From Candidatus Cloacimonadales bacterium (GTDB lineage: Bacteria; Cloacimonadota; Cloacimonadia; Cloacimonadales; DAONDQ01), in assembly GCA_963662275.1 (NCBI GenBank), contig OY759316.1:2880001-2944000 (forward strand): a stretch of 64,000 nucleotides of DNA, in the 5' to 3' direction. Below are positions 1 through 9,657 of the stretch, piece by piece. Under the pieces are notes generated by a model that was given only the letters and a program-made list of their open reading frames with translations, was not told where the DNA came from and did not search any database. The position numbers and the translations under genes are program-made. Numbering within the stretch: position 1 is the stretch's first letter; each line of letters begins with the position of its first letter.

Positions 1-803
1 TCATTATCAGTTATATCATTTGAGCCATTTCCTGCCCATGTGTTCCAATCATCTGCTGTAGAAAAAATCTGTGAGCCTATTTCAGTCAGCATATCCGTTA
101 CTGTATAACTTGGATGTCCATAACTGTTATTACCGGATAAGATGACTGATATGGCAGGTGTTGCTTCAGCCAGGAAAGCAGTTGTTGTACCCGTGGTTGA
201 GCCATGATGACTCACTTTGAGAACATCGATATTCATATCATAGGTGTTGAGAATACGCGTAATCGTTGAAGATTCCATGTCCCCTGTAAAGAGGAAGCTG
301 ATATTTCCGAAAATCATCTTCAATACAATTGAATTATTGTTTGTACTACCTGTAGCACTCGGTAAAGGATTGAGTATTTGCGTATCCACTGCCCAATTAA
401 GTGTTGAATCTGTATTCACTACCTGTACAGGAATGTGCAATGTATCGATCAGTGTCATCAAATCCAAACCTGCCTGGCTTGTGAAATCATCACTATTTTT
501 GATGAACTTGTCTATCGTGACATAATTAGACAGTATCAGGTCTTCAAATTCACCTGTATGATCTATATCAGGATGAGACATCATACAAGCATTCAAATGA
601 GTGATATGATGGATAAACAGATAGACTTGAAGTTTATCGCTGGACTGGCTTTTGCCTGAATCGATGAGGTAATTGGAACTATCTCTTTGAATGAGGATTG
701 CATCTCCCTGGAGCACATCAATGAAAGTAACTTTCATCATCTCAGCAGAAAGAGAACTTAAAAACAGGACAAAGATCAGAATTAGCGTTCGTTTATTAAT
801 CAT
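1..803 (-). CDS. ComEC/Rec2-like MBL-fold metallo-hydrolase, secreted; partial, 3' end runs off the window
   Basis: Manual translation from ATG 803: signal peptide MINKRTLILIFVLFLSSLSA, then FIDVLQGDAILI, SHPDIDH, LKVSHHGS and YGHP motifs. No stop before base 1. Confidence 0.8.
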   Translation of the reverse strand, partial: MINKRTLILIFVLFLSSLSAEMMKVTFIDVLQGDAILIQRDSSNYLIDSGKSQSSDKLQVYLFIHHITHLNACMMSHPDIDHTGEFEDLILSNYVTIDKFIKNSDDFTSQAGLDLMTLIDTLHIPVQVVNTDSTLNWAVDTQILNPLPSATGSTNNNSIVLKMIFGNISFLFTGDMESSTITRILNTYDMNIDVLKVSHHGSTTGTTTAFLAEATPAISVILSGNNSYGHPSYTVTDMLTEIGSQIFSTADDWNTWAGNGSNDITDN

Positions 804-1263
804 GGAAGTTTCCTTTATCAAATATCTCCATCATAAAATAGGGATTGTTTTTGTGAAGAGAAAGTTTTGATGAATATTAGAATAGCACGAAAGGAGCCCT
901 TTTTCGGAACTGTAATGACAAGTTTGTAGCACTACCTTCAGACGGTTTATTTATACACCAATCTTTCCTGAGGTTCACACCTTAGGCTGAGATTTCACAT
1001 CTTCGATGTTAAAGACAATTCCACCCATCCTCAATCTTTAATTCTGCTCTCCTGAACATTTCGATACAATTTCATTCAAGCTTAACTCATCCCCAGCCCT
1101 TCTTTTGTTCCATATGAGGGTAGCAAAGTATGTAACCATTTTTACAGAATTCTGAAGAGCATCAAACTCTCCGACCTAAAGGTCACCTCCCTTCATCTGA
1201 AGGGAGGAATGGGTCTGCAGATGAGGCTATAAGCTTCTGCAATTTTTAACTTTTAATTTTTAA

Positions 1264-2943
1264 TTATATGCGGTTGATTTTCCTATATGTAATCCGTTTT
1301 GGTATCAGGGCTTTCTCACCCAGTCGCATTAGCTTGTTTTCCTCATAATCACTGAAGTTACCTTCATACCATTTGACAGTACTATCGCCTTCGAAAGCAA
1401 GGATATGGGAGCAAACTCTATCCAGGAAATAGCGGTCATGGCTGATTACCACAGCACACCCTGCGAATTCCAGCAATGCTTCTTCTAAAGCATGGATTGT
1501 ATAAACATCCAGGTCATTAGTGGGTTCGTCCAACAGCAGGACATTGCCTCCAGTCTGCAAGGTCAGAGCCAGGTATGCACGATTCTTTTCTCCACCGCTA
1601 AGGACATTGACCGGCTTGATATGTTCACGTGAAGTAAAGTTGAATTTGCTGAGATACTCACGAACATTGATTTCCCTATCTCCCAGCTTCATTATGTCTC
1701 TTCCTTCACCGATCAGGTCAAGCAATGATTTTGTTTCATCCATCAACCTGGACTGATCCACATAGGAGAACTTCACCGTCTCACCGATAGTGAAAGACCC
1801 GCTATCCGGCTGTATTCTTCCCAGGATCATGTTGAAGAGAGTTGTTTTGCCAGCACCATTAGCTCCGATGACTCCGATGATACCACCGGCAGGTAGGTTG
1901 AATTCCAGGTTTTCATAGAGCAGCTTATCACCAAAGGCTTTGGAGATACCGTTTGCTTTGATGACATTATGACCCAGGTGCGGTCCCTTAGGGATGATCA
2001 TCTGGTCAGTGGTGTTTTCCCGTTTATATTCTGCAGAAGCCATCTTTTCATAGTTCACGATCCTGGCTTTGCTCTTTGCCTGGCGTGCTTTAGGACTACT
2101 GCGAATCCATTCCAATTCCTCTGCCAGGGCTTTCTGGCGTTTGCTTTCGCCTTTGGTCTCAATCGCAAGCCTGGCTTGTTTCTGTTCCAGCCAGGAGGAA
2201 TAGTTACCCTGGTAAGGTATGCCCTCTCCCCTGTCCAATTCCAATATCCAGCCAGCCACGTTATCGAGGAAATACCTGTCATGGGTAATGGCAATGACTG
2301 TGCCTTTGTAATTGAGAAGATAGTGCTCCAGCCACAGGATCATCTCAGCATCCAAGTGGTTGGTGGGTTCATCTAATAGCAATATATCCGGCTCCTGCAG
2401 CAGGAGACGACACAGGGATACCCGACGCCTTTCACCACCGGAGATCACACTGACATCCATATTGGGCGGAGGACAACGCAAAGCTTCCATCGCCTGTTCC
2501 AAGCGGCTGTCCAAATCCCAGGCATTGGTGGCATCCAACTTATCCTGCACCTTGCCCTGCTCCTCCAGGAGGTTATTCATCTCATCGTCACTCATGGGTT
2601 CGCTGAATTGATTATTTATCTCTTCATACCTGGCAAGTAATGCAACTACATCCGCTACAGCCTCACTGACTGTTTCCAGCACTGTCTTACCGGGTGTAAG
2701 CTGAGGATCTTGTTCCAAATAACCGATTGTGTAACCTTTAGACATCGACACCTCACCGAGGTAGTCCTTATCAATACCTGCCATGATCTTAAGCAGGGAG
2801 CTTTTACCTGAACCATTCAGACCCACTACTCCTATCTTTGCCCCATAATAATAACCAAGATAGATATCCTTAAGAATCTGTTTATTACCATCCACTACTT
2901 TACCGATGCCGTTCATCGAATAGATTACTTTATTCTCTTCCAT
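1264..2943 (-). CDS. ettA: Energy-dependent translational throttle protein EttA (ABC-F ATPase)
   Basis: Two ABC cassettes (GLNGSGKS/SGGE/LLLDEPTNHLD; GANGAGKT/LSGGE/LLLDEPTNDLD), linker ELEWIRSSPKARQAKSKAR, 559 aa. Confidence 0.93.
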   Translation of the reverse strand: MEENKVIYSMNGIGKVVDGNKQILKDIYLGYYYGAKIGVVGLNGSGKSSLLKIMAGIDKDYLGEVSMSKGYTIGYLEQDPQLTPGKTVLETVSEAVADVVALLARYEEINNQFSEPMSDDEMNNLLEEQGKVQDKLDATNAWDLDSRLEQAMEALRCPPPNMDVSVISGGERRRVSLCRLLLQEPDILLLDEPTNHLDAEMILWLEHYLLNYKGTVIAITHDRYFLDNVAGWILELDRGEGIPYQGNYSSWLEQKQARLAIETKGESKRQKALAEELEWIRSSPKARQAKSKARIVNYEKMASAEYKRENTTDQMIIPKGPHLGHNVIKANGISKAFGDKLLYENLEFNLPAGGIIGVIGANGAGKTTLFNMILGRIQPDSGSFTIGETVKFSYVDQSRLMDETKSLLDLIGEGRDIMKLGDREINVREYLSKFNFTSREHIKPVNVLSGGEKNRAYLALTLQTGGNVLLLDEPTNDLDVYTIHALEEALLEFAGCAVVISHDRYFLDRVCSHILAFEGDSTVKWYEGNFSDYEENKLMRLGEKALIPKRITYRKINRI

Positions 2944-3064
2944 GCGTTCCTCTGTATCTTATTGTAGATTAAATTGGAGCATTTTTGGATATGGGTTTGG
3001 TGTCAAGATGCAAACAAGTGGCTCCGCATTTACGCTGTTGGGTGCTGCTGACTTCAGCCGGTTT

Positions 3065-3109
3065 GGAACGCTGTTTTCTATTGGAACGTTGTTTTCAAAT
3101 GGCTATGCA
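3065..3109. repeat. REP-like family GGAACGCTGTTTTCAAACGGCTATGC
   Basis: Partial plus full copy here. Further copies at ~5324-5347 and ~5379-5404, and in reverse orientation at ~13432-13457 and ~15307-15331. Internal hairpin GCTGTTT-TC-AAACGGC. Confidence 0.7.
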
Positions 3110-3116
3110 TCTGAAA

Positions 3117-3151
3117 CTTCGAACTTCGTACTTCGTATATCGCACTTCGAA
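3117..3151. repeat. Heptamer tandem repeat (CTTCGAA/CTTCGTA/CTTCGCA)
   Basis: The same unit recurs at ~23474-23506 (reverse), ~49219-49238, ~55277-55313, ~56537-56620 and ~58303-58331. Confidence 0.75.
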
Positions 3152-3159
3152 ATAGCTTA

Positions 3160-4915
3160 CTATAGGAAGGTTAGAAAATTAAGGTAGAAAAACCTCCCTC
3201 GTTGATATACATAGATCAAATCAACAAAGGAGGTAACAATGATTACCACATCAAAATCTAACCCAAAGAGGTTTTTTGTCAACTCAGAAATGATGCTTGT
3301 TGGCATTGATATCAGCAAGCACAAACACAGTGTGTATTTTTGTGATTTTACAGGTGAACGGAAGCGTAAGCCATTTTTTATTACAAACAATCATGATGGT
3401 TTTCAGTATCTGCTAAAAGAAGCAGAACAGCAAAAGCGTTTGTGGAATCTGAACGAGATTGTATTTGGAATGGAACCAACAGGTTCATATGTAAAGCCAC
3501 TCCAGTACTTCTTGGAAGAACGCTGCTATCAAATCCAAAGCATCAACCCATTACACACTAAAAGATGGAAGGATATTGAAGATAATCATCCATCCAAGAA
3601 TGATTTGAAAGACAGTATTATCATTACCTCTCTGTTAAGAATGGGCAAGAGCATCCATCATCGGAGACCTGAAGGTGTTTTCGCGGAGTTGAACAACTAT
3701 GCAGCTTATTATCACCAGTTAATCACAGATATTCGCAGGCAGAGGAACTATCTGGAAGCCTCTTATGCCTGTTACTTTCCTGAATTGAGTAACTTTTTCA
3801 AATTTAACAGTACGGGAGTAATGTATATCATGGAGTGTTTTCCTCTTCCTCAGGATATCGTAAATGCAGGATATGAGAATTTTCTGAAGATTATGAAAAC
3901 AAAAAGCAAAGGGTGCATAGCTACAGAGAAGCTTCACAGTTTATATCAGGTATCTCTAACAAGTATTGGCATGAGTCAGGGAGCGGATAGTGCGAGAGTG
4001 GTCATAAATGCGATCTATGAGGATATCAGCTATAAACAATACCATCTCAAACAAATCAAAACAGCAATCATGACATGTGTAGATAAAATCAGTTATGGAT
4101 CGTTATTGGTGACAATACCTGGTTTGAGTAAAGTATCAGTGGGGTTAATTCTGGCGGAGACTGGAGATATCAATCAATATGGTCGATATCAGGATTTAGT
4201 CAAACTTGCCGGATTGAGTTTAAAACACAATCAATCAGGAGAATACCATGGGCAATATCATATCTCTAAGGTAGGAAGAGTAAGGTTGCGAAGGATCTTG
4301 TATATGCTTACTCTGGAAATGATTATAAACAATCAATTAATCAATCAGATATATAATTATCAAGTAAAAAAGCGAGGTAATAACAAGGTCAAAACTATCG
4401 TTTCTTTGAGCAGTAAATTACTGGGAATCATGTACTCAATGGTTAAATATGAAAGGTCGTTTGATCCTGAACAGCGAAAGCTATATGCAGGTTATTTAAC
4501 TGAAAATAATCAGTGAGCCAAGAAAAAAAAGTAGTCAAAAAATAATGGAGGTGTTTAGATTGGTTCACTCGCCGGATGATGTAGTCATTAGGCACTAAGG
4601 CTTGTTTACAAGACCTTCTACCATAGCTCATTATAGCACACCGGCGGGTATTATCTCAGATAGGATAAAGTAAGAATAGGATACCATCAGAAGGTAATCC
4701 AGTATATCAGCAAGATCGGGATGTAGAACCAAGAGAGCTTTGATAAGTAATATTCGATTTAATCATAGAATTCAGATCGAAAATCAGCGTCTCTGGAACC
4801 CTGCAATGACGCTTCGGTACCCTACGCGTCATTGCAGGGTTCCAGAAAGCCAAGTACTATGAATATATTATAATATATAACTATCTAACTATATCAGCCT
4901 AATAAATAAAGCGTT
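3160..4915 (+). mobile_element. IS110/IS1111-family element; ends approximate
   Basis: Transposase with a short 5' and a ~400-nt 3' non-coding end containing a long hairpin (~4792-4846). No clear terminal IR or TSD, which is normal for the family. Confidence 0.55.
3239..4516 (+). CDS. IS110-family (DEDD) transposase/recombinase
   Basis: VGIDISK, MEPTGSY and KNDLKDS form the RuvC-like DEDD set. C-terminal GLSLKHNQSG...ISKVGRVRLRRILY carries the conserved Ser. RBS AAGGAGG. Confidence 0.92.
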   Translation: MITTSKSNPKRFFVNSEMMLVGIDISKHKHSVYFCDFTGERKRKPFFITNNHDGFQYLLKEAEQQKRLWNLNEIVFGMEPTGSYVKPLQYFLEERCYQIQSINPLHTKRWKDIEDNHPSKNDLKDSIIITSLLRMGKSIHHRRPEGVFAELNNYAAYYHQLITDIRRQRNYLEASYACYFPELSNFFKFNSTGVMYIMECFPLPQDIVNAGYENFLKIMKTKSKGCIATEKLHSLYQVSLTSIGMSQGADSARVVINAIYEDISYKQYHLKQIKTAIMTCVDKISYGSLLVTIPGLSKVSVGLILAETGDINQYGRYQDLVKLAGLSLKHNQSGEYHGQYHISKVGRVRLRRILYMLTLEMIINNQLINQIYNYQVKKRGNNKVKTIVSLSSKLLGIMYSMVKYERSFDPEQRKLYAGYLTENNQ

Positions 4916-5175
4916 CCGGCCTTTGAAAAGAGTGATCCAAGTCCCTAATCTGTTAAAATAGCTCTTCTCTGCAATCCCTAAAGTCTACTAGCTATACTCT
5001 ATAAGCTTCTGCCATGCCAATTCGTAATTCGTAATTCTTAATTTATCCCCCCATGACACATAATTTCCTCAGCAGTTTGAACTTATCTCCATCCAATTTA
5101 CCAGTACACCACGCTTTTTTTAGCAAAAGAGCACAATAGATAACCTCTTAAACCCTCTCATAATCCTCTTAATTA

Positions 5176-5309
5176 ATACCAGGTTATATCCAAGTTTAAT
5201 CTCAGTCTAATCCTATCTCATACCAATTTCTCGAAACAGGAATGAAACAGGTATGAAACAGGTATGAAACAGGATTGAAACAGGTATGAAATAGGATTGA
5301 ACTTGGTAC
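5176..5309. repeat. 11-bp tandem array GAAACAGGTAT (~7 units) preceded by a degenerate inverted arm
   Basis: 5233-5309 reads gaaacaggaat/gaaacaggtat/gaaacaggtat/gaaacaggatt/gaaacaggtat/gaaataggatt/gaacttggtac. 5176-5230 resembles its reverse complement. Confidence 0.75.
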
Positions 5310-5480
5310 AATACATGTGGACTGAACGCTGTTTCCAAACGGCTATACAATATTTACACTTGACTTTGGGCAATTGTTGGAACATTATTTTCAAACGGTT
5401 ATGCTGGTTTCACTGGCTAGTACTTCAAATACCAGCATTATCCTGTTATTTTTAAAATATTATAGAAGCATCTATATAAA

Positions 5481-5510
5481 AGGAAGCCAGGTTATAAAAC
5501 CTGGCTTCCT
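5481..5510 (-). terminator. Probable intrinsic terminator of the 5534-6553 gene
   Basis: AGGAAGCCAGGTT-ataa-AACCTGGCTTCCT hairpin just past the stop, followed by a T-run on the minus strand. Confidence 0.75.
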
Positions 5511-5533
5511 ATGATAAAAAAGTTGCTTTGATA

Positions 5534-6553
5534 CTACTTTACAATCATCATTTTCTTTGTTATTGTTGTGCTGGGTGAATCAAATCGATAGAAATAGATA
5601 CCGCTTCCACATGTCGAACCTTGTTCATCTCGTCCATCCCAGGTTATTGTGTATGAGCCTTCTGTGCGAGTGAATGTCTTCACTTTCTGTCCAAGAATAT
5701 TATAAACAGAAAGAGTAGCATTTTCCCCTGTCTTTACATCTATTTCAACTTTTGTTGATGCATTTGCATGGAAAGGATTGGGATAAGCACTTTTCATGTT
5801 CGTTGTACTGGGGATTACTGGTAAATCACTTCCGGTATTCACTGAAACAACATTACTGAAGCTGCTGGAACCATCAAAGTTCACAATCTCCAGCCAATAA
5901 TAATAACTGGTGATTCCAGTATCAATTTCGTGATCTTCGAAATGATAACTATGTGAAGAAGAAGTGTTTGTACCTGCGATGAGATCAATATTAAGCTTTC
6001 TCGCAGTGAGAATATTACTCTCGTTGGAACGGTAGATATTGAAACCAAGATTACTAGTTTCTGATTGGGTAATCCATTGCAAATCAACTAGCGTCTCAGC
6101 AGCTAAAACTGCATTAAAGCTGCTAAGTTCCACCGGCAGAGTGGGCATATAAGGATTATGCAAAGATGAGCTTGCATTCCATTGCCAACTTAAATTATTT
6201 GCCGCTACATAGGCGATGTAGTCTTTAGCTGGATCAAGCACCAATGGATGATCAAACTTGTAAACTCCCGGGGATTCAATCCAGTTTCCCAGAGGACCAT
6301 CGTAACCCGGCAGAAGACCACTGTTCCAGGGCGGTTCTTCACTGCCTGTGAATGGGGGATTATAAATCCTGTCTGTTGAAGCTAAACAAATGTAATAAAG
6401 ATCAACATATAAGGATGGTTCTGCTGACCATCTTACGGTTCCGGTGGTTGGTGTAGTACGTTCGAAAGTTACCCAATCCGGTCCACTCGGAATTTGAGCC
6501 AGACATAAACTAGCGACAAGCAATAAGCCAAGAACCAGTAATGTTCTTTTCAT
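5534..6553 (-). CDS. Secreted protein with C-terminal T9SS type-A/FlgD-Ig-like sorting domain
   Basis: Signal peptide; TLPVELSSF...WITQSETSNLGFNIYRS module; AYPNPF...VYNILGQKVK...WDGRD...SGIYFYR...KKMMIVK. Confidence 0.85.
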   Translation of the reverse strand: MKRTLLVLGLLLVASLCLAQIPSGPDWVTFERTTPTTGTVRWSAEPSLYVDLYYICLASTDRIYNPPFTGSEEPPWNSGLLPGYDGPLGNWIESPGVYKFDHPLVLDPAKDYIAYVAANNLSWQWNASSSLHNPYMPTLPVELSSFNAVLAAETLVDLQWITQSETSNLGFNIYRSNESNILTARKLNIDLIAGTNTSSSHSYHFEDHEIDTGITSYYYWLEIVNFDGSSSFSNVVSVNTGSDLPVIPSTTNMKSAYPNPFHANASTKVEIDVKTGENATLSVYNILGQKVKTFTRTEGSYTITWDGRDEQGSTCGSGIYFYRFDSPSTTITKKMMIVK

Positions 6554-6610
6554 TTTGTTACCTCTCTTTTAGTTAATACTCATGTGGTATTTCATCGAAT
6601 CAATAATAAG

Positions 6611-6625
6611 GCAATGCCTGTTCCA
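6611..6625 (-). promoter_or_regulatory. Sigma-54 -24/-12 promoter for 5534-6553
   Basis: Minus strand TGGAAC-AGGCA-TTGC (consensus TGGCAC-N5-TTGC), 58 nt upstream of the ATG and downstream of a sigma-54 activator gene. Confidence 0.7.
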
Positions 6626-6781
6626 AAACTATCATCGTATAAGTAAAATATGTATCTATTCATATATCAATAACATACATAAGCGATAGATAGAAATGTT
6701 GGAGTACATTTCATTAAAACAAAGCGTGAAATTGCAAAATTGCAATGCAATAATGAAATCGACATTGTCGTAGAATTACTC

Positions 6782-7024
6782 CTAATGATTTTTAAGATAC
6801 CTTTTATGCATAGCCTGGATTCGGATAGTAACATCATAATAATTGAAGGGATTGTAGTCTATCACTACATTTTCAATTCTGCCATCGGGATATGTGACAA
6901 TGAATCCCTGATACCCAGTACCGTCAGGAGGATAGGTAACAGTTTCGAATATTTCACTCACTTGAAGAGCAGATTCAAGACGTTGTTTTCTCATAACAGG
7001 ATTTATAAGCAAAGATAAAGCCAA
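6782..7024 (-). CDS. Small hypothetical ORF, possibly the remnant of a frameshifted gene
   Basis: 80-aa ORF with a TTG start and no clear RBS. An RBS-led 16-codon ORF lies just upstream at 7049-7099. Confidence 0.3.
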   Translation of the reverse strand: MALSLLINPVMRKQRLESALQVSEIFETVTYPPDGTGYQGFIVTYPDGRIENVVIDYNPFNYYDVTIRIQAMHKRYLKNH

Positions 7025-7167
7025 AAAAGGATATTATGGGATTGTAATCTAAGTTGCTGTGACAGTATTCATTATGACAAAGACGGAGAAAATCTTCATC
7101 TTAAATATACTCCTTTTACCAATGCAATTGCACACTTGCATTCCGAAAATGCAATTATATGTGCTTC

Positions 7168-9420
7168 TTACATTTTTTGAATACCAAGCTTTTTAATCCT
7201 GCGACATAGGGTGCTTTCTGTCATCTTCAATAACCGGGCAGCATCTTTTTGGATCCAACCACACTGATCAAGAGCATTGATGATGATATCGCTTTGCTGT
7301 TGATTGATATGGACAGTAAAAGAAACATCAGAAGACTTATGAGGAGTACAAGACGGTATCAGTCCTTCAACAAGGGTAGCAGTCCATACAGCTTGGGGTT
7401 TGAGAATAAATATACGTTCAATAATGTTCATAAGTTCGCGCACGTTACCCGGAAAAGAATACCGACGCAGGCAATCATAAAACTCTTCACTTAGCTTTGG
7501 TAGTGGTAAACCAAGTTCTTTGGAAAAGCGTTTAACAAAGTGCTCGCAAAGCAGTTCCAAATCGCTGAGTCGTTCCCGAAGAGGAGGAAGATATATTTCA
7601 ACTTTATTTATTCGATGGTACAAGTCCAATCGAAACTTATTTTCGCGTATCAAGTCAGACATCTTACTGTTGGTTGCACAAATTATTCTGCACCTGACGG
7701 TAATTTCCTTATCACTGCCAACCGGAGTTATACTCTGATTCTCTATAGCCCGCAGCAGTTTTGCCTGGCATTCAATCGGCATCTCAGAAATCTCATCCAA
7801 AAACAAAGTACCGTTGTTTGCGAGCAGGAATTTACCTTTTTGTTCATTTGTTGCTCCTGTGAAAGCCCCTTTTACGTGTCCAAATAGCTCGCTTTCGATC
7901 AGAGTTTGAGTAATAGCAGAAGTATTTAAAGCTACCAAAGGTTTTTTTTCCTGACTTGTATTGTGGATAATTCTGGCTATGATTTCCTTGCCAGTTCCTG
8001 ATTCACCAGAGATTAAAACATTTACAAAAGGGTGTTGTGCTGCCAATAAAGAATCGACAAGTGCTTTCTTTATGGCAGGATGCTCTCCGACCATTTCGGG
8101 ATGAAAGCTAGAGCTGGATACAAGCTCAAGGTCATGGCAGCGATGCTTCATCTTCAGGAATTCATTACGGAGTTCTTCTATGCGTTTACTATATTTCTTT
8201 GCTTGTTTATTAAAATTGTCATTGAAATATCTGCTGCTTACCTGATCAAGCTCTTCCATGCTATTGAATGCCGATTGATAATCCTCTTTGGCTTCGTTAA
8301 GTCGTGCTTCACAGAGATAACAATTCTGAAGGAAATTGTATTGCTTGCTGGTGCTAAAAAATTTAATAGCTTCCGTGATAAGTGCTTCTGCTTTTTCGTA
8401 TTCTTTCATTTCAATCAGGACATCTGCCAGATTGACATGCAGTATATATCTATCTTGTTCGTTCCCGACGGCTATTGCTTTTTCTATCAGATGATAATGA
8501 AGTTGTTTCGATTGTTCCAATTCACCGCATGATGCCAGGGCATTGGCTTTATTACACATCACTTTTGCCATCAGCTTCGGATGCAGGCTTTCTTCATTAA
8601 TCATCAACGCTATAGACTTGTCATACATGGCAATGCCCGTCAGGATATCACCATACCTTGTCAAACCTATTCCCAAATTGATATAGATTTGGGTAAGCAA
8701 CGCTGTATAACCTTTCGCCTGAGCAATTTCAATGGCTTGTTCAAGAGCTGCTTTTGCTTGCTGGTATTGCTTGACCACCATCAGAATAACTCCCTGTTGA
8801 TTCAGCATCTGAGCGTATTTATTGGGAGACCGGCTCTGATCAATGAATTCCTGGATAAGCATTAATTCACGATTTGCCATATCCGGCAAATTATGCATAT
8901 GATAGATTTGAATATAAGCAATATACACATCCAGCATCAATTCTATGTAATTACATTCGCTTGCTGCCTGCATCGCTTCCTGAAGCATATCTTCACTTTG
9001 TGTGATCTCCCGATCAGACATCCCGGATAGACATTTAGCAACAAGCACCATACATGCCAAGGATGGAACACGATGCAGTTGCCAATGCTTTTCTGCAGCT
9101 TCAAGCGCTTTACCGGCTCTTTCCTTGCCAGTATCTGAATAGGATGAGATTTGATATTGCAATAGGTTGTAACGGCATAGGCAGAAGTGATTCATTGACT
9201 TATCGAGTTCAGGCTTGATCTGGTCCAGTGTTTCCTGAGCTTTCTTGTATTGTCCCAAGGCTAAATATGCAGTAACCAAATTTAAAGAAATGACAACTCT
9301 TGGCAATTGCATGTTGTTTTTTGTATGAGGTAATGATGAAATAAACTCACGTGGTGAGTTTATTGCCTGAGATTCCATCTCAAAAAACTTGTCTTCAGTA
9401 AAGTTATAGCCCATATTCAA
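7168..9420 (-). CDS. Sigma-54-dependent transcriptional activator with N-terminal TPR repeats
   Basis: [46 protein letters not shown] and a C-terminal Fis-type HTH. The helical TPR-like N-terminus has no receiver domain. Confidence 0.92.
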   Translation of the reverse strand: MNMGYNFTEDKFFEMESQAINSPREFISSLPHTKNNMQLPRVVISLNLVTAYLALGQYKKAQETLDQIKPELDKSMNHFCLCRYNLLQYQISSYSDTGKERAGKALEAAEKHWQLHRVPSLACMVLVAKCLSGMSDREITQSEDMLQEAMQAASECNYIELMLDVYIAYIQIYHMHNLPDMANRELMLIQEFIDQSRSPNKYAQMLNQQGVILMVVKQYQQAKAALEQAIEIAQAKGYTALLTQIYINLGIGLTRYGDILTGIAMYDKSIALMINEESLHPKLMAKVMCNKANALASCGELEQSKQLHYHLIEKAIAVGNEQDRYILHVNLADVLIEMKEYEKAEALITEAIKFFSTSKQYNFLQNCYLCEARLNEAKEDYQSAFNSMEELDQVSSRYFNDNFNKQAKKYSKRIEELRNEFLKMKHRCHDLELVSSSSFHPEMVGEHPAIKKALVDSLLAAQHPFVNVLISGESGTGKEIIARIIHNTSQEKKPLVALNTSAITQTLIESELFGHVKGAFTGATNEQKGKFLLANNGTLFLDEISEMPIECQAKLLRAIENQSITPVGSDKEITVRCRIICATNSKMSDLIRENKFRLDLYHRINKVEIYLPPLRERLSDLELLCEHFVKRFSKELGLPLPKLSEEFYDCLRRYSFPGNVRELMNIIERIFILKPQAVWTATLVEGLIPSCTPHKSSDVSFTVHINQQQSDIIINALDQCGWIQKDAARLLKMTESTLCRRIKKLGIQKM

Positions 9421-9609
9421 AATATCTCTTCGTTTATTTTTTTCTAAATATATTGCTTTTTACAACCATCTTTGTCAAGATATTTTACCATCCATCATGT
9501 ACACCCACATTCAATTATGCAAAGTTATCTTCTAGATGCTCTGTAGGAGCGAAATCCATTAAAATTCTCGCCAAGAAAATACACAAGTCTAGAGGAGAAG
9601 AGTAGAATC

Positions 9610-9657
9610 AAACTCTCCGACACTGAAGTGCCACCTCCCTTCATCTTAAGGGAGGAA
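9610..9657 (+). repeat. REP-like family AAACTCTCCGACCTAAAGGTCACCTCCCTT-N6-AAGGGAGGAA
   Basis: Other copies at ~1164-1210, ~55091-55138 and ~58065-58112, with iterated hairpins at ~55166-55188, ~58138-58163 and ~58194-58218. Confidence 0.8.

Noticed and set aside
244..659. Plus-strand ORFs 244-525 and 435-659
   Set aside because: Antisense shadows of the ComEC-like gene. The other short ORFs nested in long CDSs were discarded for the same reason.
5176..5309. CRISPR array
   Set aside because: Contiguous 11-bp units with no spacers, and no cas genes.
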